From Bdellovibrionota bacterium (GTDB lineage Bacteria; Bdellovibrionota_C; UBA2361): a stretch of 19,595 nt of DNA. The notes below the pieces were generated by a model. The model worked only from the letters and a program-made list of their open reading frames with translations. It was not told where the DNA came from and searched no databases. How positions within the stretch are numbered: position 1 is the stretch's first letter; each line of letters opens with the position of its first letter. This document shows, one piece after another, positions 14,993 through 19,595 of this stretch. The position numbers and the translations under genes were made by a program. The stretch covers positions 1 to 19,595 of the forward strand of contig JBILDU010000055.1 in the NCBI GenBank assembly GCA_044352465.1, given 5' to 3'.

Positions 14993-16207
14993 ATGTTCAA
15001 CTACGACAAACACTTTTCGGGCTGCCTGGATGCACTCCGACGGGAGAAGCGATACCGCTTCTTTAAGGAACTCGGACGACACTGCGGCGAGTTTCCTCAG
15101 GCGGGGCTTCATAATTCAGGGCCCGTACGCGACATCTCGATCTGGTGCAGCAACGATTATCTTGGAATGGGACAACACCCGGCGGTACTACAGGCCATGC
15201 ACGAGGCCCTCGAAACATTCGGTGCTGGAGCAGGTGGAACCCGAAATATCTCCGGCAATCATCGACTCATCGTGGCGCTCGAGCACGAACTCGCGGACCT
15301 GCACGAGAAGGAAGCAGGACTTGTGTTCTCCTCAGGATACGTCGCTAACGAAACCGCGCTCTCAACGCTTGGGCAGCTTTTGCCAAACGTGATGATCCTT
15401 TCGGATAGCCACAACCACGCCTCAATGATTGAGGGTATTAAACACAGTCGGGCGGACAAGCGGGTTTTTCGACACAACGATCTCGAGGACCTCGAGGCGC
15501 AGCTCCGCGCTATCGATCCGTGCCGCCCCAAGCTTATCGCGTTTGAGTCGCTGTACTCGATGGACGGAGATTTTGCGCCACTGCGCGAGATAGTCTACTT
15601 AGCTAAGAAATACAACGCTCTGACGTTCGTTGACGAGACCCATGGCGTGGCGCTCTACGGGGCGCGCGGCGGCGGAGTTGTCGAGCGCGAGGGCCTTCTG
15701 AGTGAGGTCGACATCATCCAGGGGGGACTCGGAAAAGGATTTGGCGTCGTGGGTGGTTTTATTACCGGCTCCAGAGAGATCATCGATGTTGTCCGCAGCT
15801 ACGGAGCTGGCTTCATCTTCACCACGGCGATCCCACCAACGGTCGCTGCGGGGGCGCTCGCGAGCATTCGACACCTCAAGGCTAGTCAGGTAGAGCGTGC
15901 GCAACTATTCGAGCGAGTGGAGAAGGTGCGGGGTCGTCTTCTCGCAGCGAATCTTCCGGTGAAACATACACACTCTCAGATTCTCCCGCTCATGGTAGGC
16001 GATTCAGCGCTGTGTCAGCGCACCTCTGACATGCTCCTTGACGATTATGATATTTACATTCAACCGATTAACTATCCGACCGTACCCCGAGGAACTGAGC
16101 GCTTACGGATCACCCCCTCACCGCTTCACACCGATGCGATGACCGAGCACCTCGCGGACTCCCTCGTTTCTATTTGGGCCCAACTTCAATTACAGGCAGC
16201 GGCATGA
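14993..16207 (+). CDS. hemA: 5-aminolevulinate synthase (Shemin/C4 pathway, glycine + succinyl-CoA)
   Basis: RYRFF, WCSNDYLGMGQHP, GAGAGGTRNISG, FSSGYVANE, NHASMIEGI, AFESLYSMDG, LGK (PLP lysine), GFIFTT and QPINYPTVPRGTERLRITPSP. The GGTRNISG and WCSNDYL motifs distinguish ALAS from BioF/Kbl. GAGGA lies upstream. Confidence 0.95.
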   Translation: MFNYDKHFSGCLDALRREKRYRFFKELGRHCGEFPQAGLHNSGPVRDISIWCSNDYLGMGQHPAVLQAMHEALETFGAGAGGTRNISGNHRLIVALEHELADLHEKEAGLVFSSGYVANETALSTLGQLLPNVMILSDSHNHASMIEGIKHSRADKRVFRHNDLEDLEAQLRAIDPCRPKLIAFESLYSMDGDFAPLREIVYLAKKYNALTFVDETHGVALYGARGGGVVEREGLLSEVDIIQGGLGKGFGVVGGFITGSREIIDVVRSYGAGFIFTTAIPPTVAAGALASIRHLKASQVERAQLFERVEKVRGRLLAANLPVKHTHSQILPLMVGDSALCQRTSDMLLDDYDIYIQPINYPTVPRGTERLRITPSPLHTDAMTEHLADSLVSIWAQLQLQAAA

Positions 16208-17301
16208 CGTGTTCAATTATTCCGTTTGGGTGTCGGGGTTACACCGACAAGGTGGGTGTCCTCCTCGCGCAACTCGGCACCCCCGATGCGCCGACGAAGC
16301 AGGCGCTGCGGGTCTACCTGAAGCAGTTTCTCTCTGATCGACGAGTCATTGAAGTCAATCGCGCTTTATGGTGGGTCCTGCTGAACGGCATCATCCTCAA
16401 CACTCGACCGAAGCGCTCGGCCCGTCTCTACGCGCGGATTTGGGGGGAGGAAGGCTCGCCCCTTTTGACGATCACGAAGTCGCAAACGGAGAAGCTTGCG
16501 GCGCGCCTACGCCACTCGGACCCACGAGTCGAGGTCACGTACGGCATGCGCTACGGCAACCCATCCCTCGAGAGGTCGATCGACGACTTAATTGCAAAGG
16601 GTGTCACTCAGCTGATCTTGGTGCCGATGTATCCTCAATATGCAGCACCAACCACCGCATCGGTCTATGACATGGTATTTCCATACCTGTTAAAGCGGCG
16701 CTGGGTACCAACCATAAAGGTGGTTGCACCGTTCTTTCAACATCCAAGCTATGTGAGAGCTCTCGTGACAACGATTGAGGAGGGAATCAAAAATCTCGAC
16801 TACACGCCGGAGAAGCTCGTCCTCTCATACCACGGGGTTCCCCAGAAGTATGTCAAGAAGGGAGATCCATACTGTTGTATGTGCGTGGAGACTACTCGGC
16901 TTTTTAAGGCTCACTCGAGTTTCCCCACCGAGAAAGTGGTCCACACCTACCAATCTCGGTTCGGGCGAGATCCGTGGCTGCAGCCTTATACCGACGATAC
17001 GATAGAGGCACTCGGCAAGGACGGAGTAAAAGATATCGCCGTGGCTTGTCCCGGGTTTGTTGCCGATTGCCTTGAGACCCTCGACGAGATCGGCAATGAG
17101 GCCCTCGAGGCTTTTGAGGAGCACGGGGGGCACCGGCTCAAGCTTATCCCCGGAGTGAACGACCACCCAAGCTTTATCGACTGTCTTGAAACCGTCGTCC
17201 GTGAGACCGGTGGGACCTGGCTCGAGCAAGGCAAAGTAGTGGCAACTGGGTGCGAGACTGCGCGCCCCAATTGTCGGTGTCCATCTGCTTGTAACGAGTA
17301 A
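16204..17301 (+). CDS. hemH: Ferrochelatase with Cys-rich C-terminal tail
   Basis: GVLLAQLGTP, FLSDRRVIE, SPL, MRYGNPS, PMYPQY, SYHGVP, GDPY, YQSRFGRDPWLQPYT and PGFVADCLETLDEI. Start placed at ATG 16204, giving an ATGA overlap with the hemA stop. Confidence 0.96.
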   Translation: MTCSIIPFGCRGYTDKVGVLLAQLGTPDAPTKQALRVYLKQFLSDRRVIEVNRALWWVLLNGIILNTRPKRSARLYARIWGEEGSPLLTITKSQTEKLAARLRHSDPRVEVTYGMRYGNPSLERSIDDLIAKGVTQLILVPMYPQYAAPTTASVYDMVFPYLLKRRWVPTIKVVAPFFQHPSYVRALVTTIEEGIKNLDYTPEKLVLSYHGVPQKYVKKGDPYCCMCVETTRLFKAHSSFPTEKVVHTYQSRFGRDPWLQPYTDDTIEALGKDGVKDIAVACPGFVADCLETLDEIGNEALEAFEEHGGHRLKLIPGVNDHPSFIDCLETVVRETGGTWLEQGKVVATGCETARPNCRCPSACNE

Positions 17302-17309
17302 TAGCGCAT

Positions 17310-18236
17310 ATGACGTCGACCACATTTGATAGATCAGTCGCTCTATTCGAGCGGATGCAGGCCGAAGTAACCGGAGTGCTCTGTACGATCGACCCGACAG
17401 TTCAGATTACGGAGGATTCATGGGACCGCCCGGATATGCAGGGCGCTGAGGGAGGCGGCGGCCGAACCCGAGTTTTTTCAAACGGCTCCATCTTTGAAAA
17501 GGGTGGGGTTAATTTTAGCAACGTCCACGGGCATCTCCCCCCGGCTCTCGCGCAACAGATGCTCGGTCGAAGCGAAACAGTCAAGTTTTCGGCTTCTGGA
17601 ACCTCAATCGTGATCCACCCCTACTCTCCACGGATACCGACGGTTCACGCGAATTTTCGGTATTTTGAGATCGAAGGGGACCAATGGTTTGGGGGTGGCG
17701 CAGATCTAACCCCCTACATTCTTGTCGAAGATGATGCGAGATATTTTCACACGACGTGGCGTGGCATATGCGATGCCCATGACAAGAGCTACTACCCGCG
17801 CTTCAAGCAGCAGTGCGACGACTACTTCTTCCTCCCTCATCGCAACGAACACCGAGGCATCGGGGGAATTTTCTTCGACTACGAGGGACGTGGTGCCTCA
17901 GGAGAGGCAGTGGAAAAACTCCTTGCCTTTGTGAGCGACGCAGCGCTTGGATTTAGGGAAGCCTACATCCCTATCGTTGAGAGGCACCGCGACGAGGCTT
18001 GGAGCGACGAGGAGAAGCAATTCCAGCTCATTCGTCGGGGGCGCTACGTTGAATTCAACCTCCTCTATGATCGGGGTACGCACTTCGGATTAAAGAGCAA
18101 AGGTCGTACCGAATCGATTTTAATGTCGCTCCCGCAAGAGGTTAATTGGCTCTACAATTACCAGGTGACTCCGGGGACGGAGGAAGCGAAGCTCATCGAC
18201 GCACTGACCACCCCGCGGGACTGGCTCGTAGGCTGA
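17310..18236 (+). CDS. hemF: Oxygen-dependent coproporphyrinogen III oxidase
   Basis: GGGRTRV, FEKGGVNFS, VHANFRYF, WFGGGADLTP, CDDYFFLPHRNEHRGIGGIFFD, RRGRYVEFNLLYDRGTHFGL and ESILMSLP. Confidence 0.98.
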   Translation: MTSTTFDRSVALFERMQAEVTGVLCTIDPTVQITEDSWDRPDMQGAEGGGGRTRVFSNGSIFEKGGVNFSNVHGHLPPALAQQMLGRSETVKFSASGTSIVIHPYSPRIPTVHANFRYFEIEGDQWFGGGADLTPYILVEDDARYFHTTWRGICDAHDKSYYPRFKQQCDDYFFLPHRNEHRGIGGIFFDYEGRGASGEAVEKLLAFVSDAALGFREAYIPIVERHRDEAWSDEEKQFQLIRRGRYVEFNLLYDRGTHFGLKSKGRTESILMSLPQEVNWLYNYQVTPGTEEAKLIDALTTPRDWLVG

Positions 18237-18248
18237 GGGGAGAGGGCA

Positions 18249-19202
18249 ATGCACATACGAATCGGCACCCGCGGCAGCCAGCTAGCTCTGACGCAGACAG
18301 GATTGGTCGCTGATGCGCTCAAAAACCTGGGGAATACGGTCGAAATCATCCAGATCAAGACGCTTGGAGATAAGAAGCAGGGCACGCCGGGGGCTGCGCA
18401 CGGAGATAAACGCGACTGGATCCATGAGCTTGAGCTTGCAGTGGTCGATCGTTCGATCGATTTAGCGGTTCACTCTGGGAAGGATGTCCCAGCCCTCCTT
18501 TCACCAGAGACGATCCTTCTTCCGATTTTGAAACGAGAGGACCCTCGGGATGTGTTTCTCGGCCGAAGAGACAGCCATAGCGGACGACGGATGAGCTTTC
18601 AGGCTATACCGCCGGGAGGCATTATCGGTACCGCCAGCCTTCGTCGTAGGGCTCAACTATTAACGTTACGACACGATATAGTCGTTCAAGACCATCGCGG
18701 CAACGTGCCAACCCGACTTCAGAAGCTCGACGCGAGCGACGATCTCTCTGGGATAATCCTAGCTGCTGCGGGCATCCACCGACTGGAGATCTCCAACATC
18801 GAAATGGAGCCGCTCGATCCATCCATATTCGTTCCAGCGATTAATCAAGGGATTCTCGCGGTGCAGATTCATCGGGACGCCCCTGGACTCAATGCGCTGG
18901 TCTCACAACTTCAAGACGCTCCAACATGTGCAGCGTTTGCGGCTGAGCGGGGATGTGTCGAGCTTCTCGATGCGGATTGCAACTCAGCCGTCTCAGTCTT
19001 CGCAACCGTAAGTGACGACAGTATAACTCTCCGAACTCGGGTCATGCTCCCCGATGGCTCCAAATCTATCGACCTCAGTGAAAGCTCATCTACCGATAGA
19101 GCAAAGCATTTAGGACGAGCAGTAGGAGAGAGACTAATTGCGCTGGGAGCAAACGCCATCCTTGCTGAGAGTCGACGGGTGGTGCCTCGACGCACGATAT
19201 AG
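18249..19202 (+). CDS. hemC: Hydroxymethylbilane synthase (porphobilinogen deaminase)
   Basis: IRIGTRGSQLALTQ, DLAVHSGKDVP, REDPRD, GTASLRR, RGNVPTRL, LAAAG, and AERG...LDADC retaining the dipyrromethane-binding Cys. Confidence 0.97.
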   Translation: MHIRIGTRGSQLALTQTGLVADALKNLGNTVEIIQIKTLGDKKQGTPGAAHGDKRDWIHELELAVVDRSIDLAVHSGKDVPALLSPETILLPILKREDPRDVFLGRRDSHSGRRMSFQAIPPGGIIGTASLRRRAQLLTLRHDIVVQDHRGNVPTRLQKLDASDDLSGIILAAAGIHRLEISNIEMEPLDPSIFVPAINQGILAVQIHRDAPGLNALVSQLQDAPTCAAFAAERGCVELLDADCNSAVSVFATVSDDSITLRTRVMLPDGSKSIDLSESSSTDRAKHLGRAVGERLIALGANAILAESRRVVPRRTI

Positions 19203-19497
19203 TGCCCCCACCGGGAAGTTACTTCATATGGGCGCCGGTTCAGAGGTCAGAGGGCTAGTTTTTTCTCTGCCCATCTCTCGAGCTCCGTTCGGCTGACCTC
19301 GACGAGCTCCACTCGATTGGGCTCGCTGTAAGTACAGCCGAAGCCAAGTACCTCCGCTCCGCTCTGGCATCTGCGCGACTATCCTGGCCGCACTCGTATC
19401 CCGCCGTCAAAACCTCTGGTGGGTAAAAAATCGATAAGACGGGATACCAGAGCTCCTTCCAAAACGTTCCTTCACCCCGTTTTCATTTTGAAGAGCG

Positions 19498-19559
19498 CTA
19501 GTGGTTCGACCATTAAATTCTTTCACCTGCAAGGTAATAGAATTTATGCTCACCACTAG
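19498..19559. repeat. 62-nt imperfect inverted repeat (long hairpin)
   Basis: CTAGTGGT/ACCACTAG (19498-19505/19552-19559), TAAATTCT/AGAATTTA (19514-19521/19539-19546) and ACCT/AGGT around a 3-nt loop. Confidence 0.75.
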
Positions 19560-19570
19560 TCCTGAGTTAG

Positions 19571-19595
19571 TTTTTCACTCCGCGGGAGTGAAAAA
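19571..19595. repeat. Perfect 11-bp inverted repeat at the window edge
   Basis: TTTTTCACTCC-GCG-GGAGTGAAAAA; it may extend beyond the window. Confidence 0.8.

Noticed and set aside
14993..16207. Alternative call as BioF/Kbl, or as a secondary-metabolite cyclising ALAS
   Set aside because: ALAS-specific motifs are present, the gene is coupled to hemH, and no amide synthetase or acyl-CoA ligase partners are nearby.

Overview
Bacterial chromosomal window of roughly 55-60% GC by eye. The host is probably not an alphaproteobacterium, judging by its [14 protein letters not shown] LeuS and short PheT. Order: 5' part of leuS (-), tRNA-Asp(GTC) (+), an extreme pyrimidine tract, a SAMHD1/COG1078-like HD phosphohydrolase (+), an orphan MurC-like ligase, a DegT-family aminotransferase and a CelD/BcsL-like GNAT (all -), an ABM-fold lipoprotein (+), pheT and pheS (-), a 365-nt highly structured intergenic region, a divergent pair of uncharacterised secreted proteins, a five-gene haem cluster (+), and about 390 nt of hairpin-rich non-coding DNA at the window edge. 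The haem cluster is a decayed-HemC/HemD-like fusion, a Shemin-pathway ALA synthase, a ferrochelatase with a Cys-rich tail, hemF and an intact hemC. The most notable items are (i) a candidate structured RNA at 10570-10734 that folds as a rod with a cUUCGg loop on the minus strand but shows glycine-aptamer-like landmarks on the plus strand, and (ii) the unusual haem cluster. No CRISPR array, integrase or transposase was seen. All family calls come from motif recognition by eye; no database searches were run.
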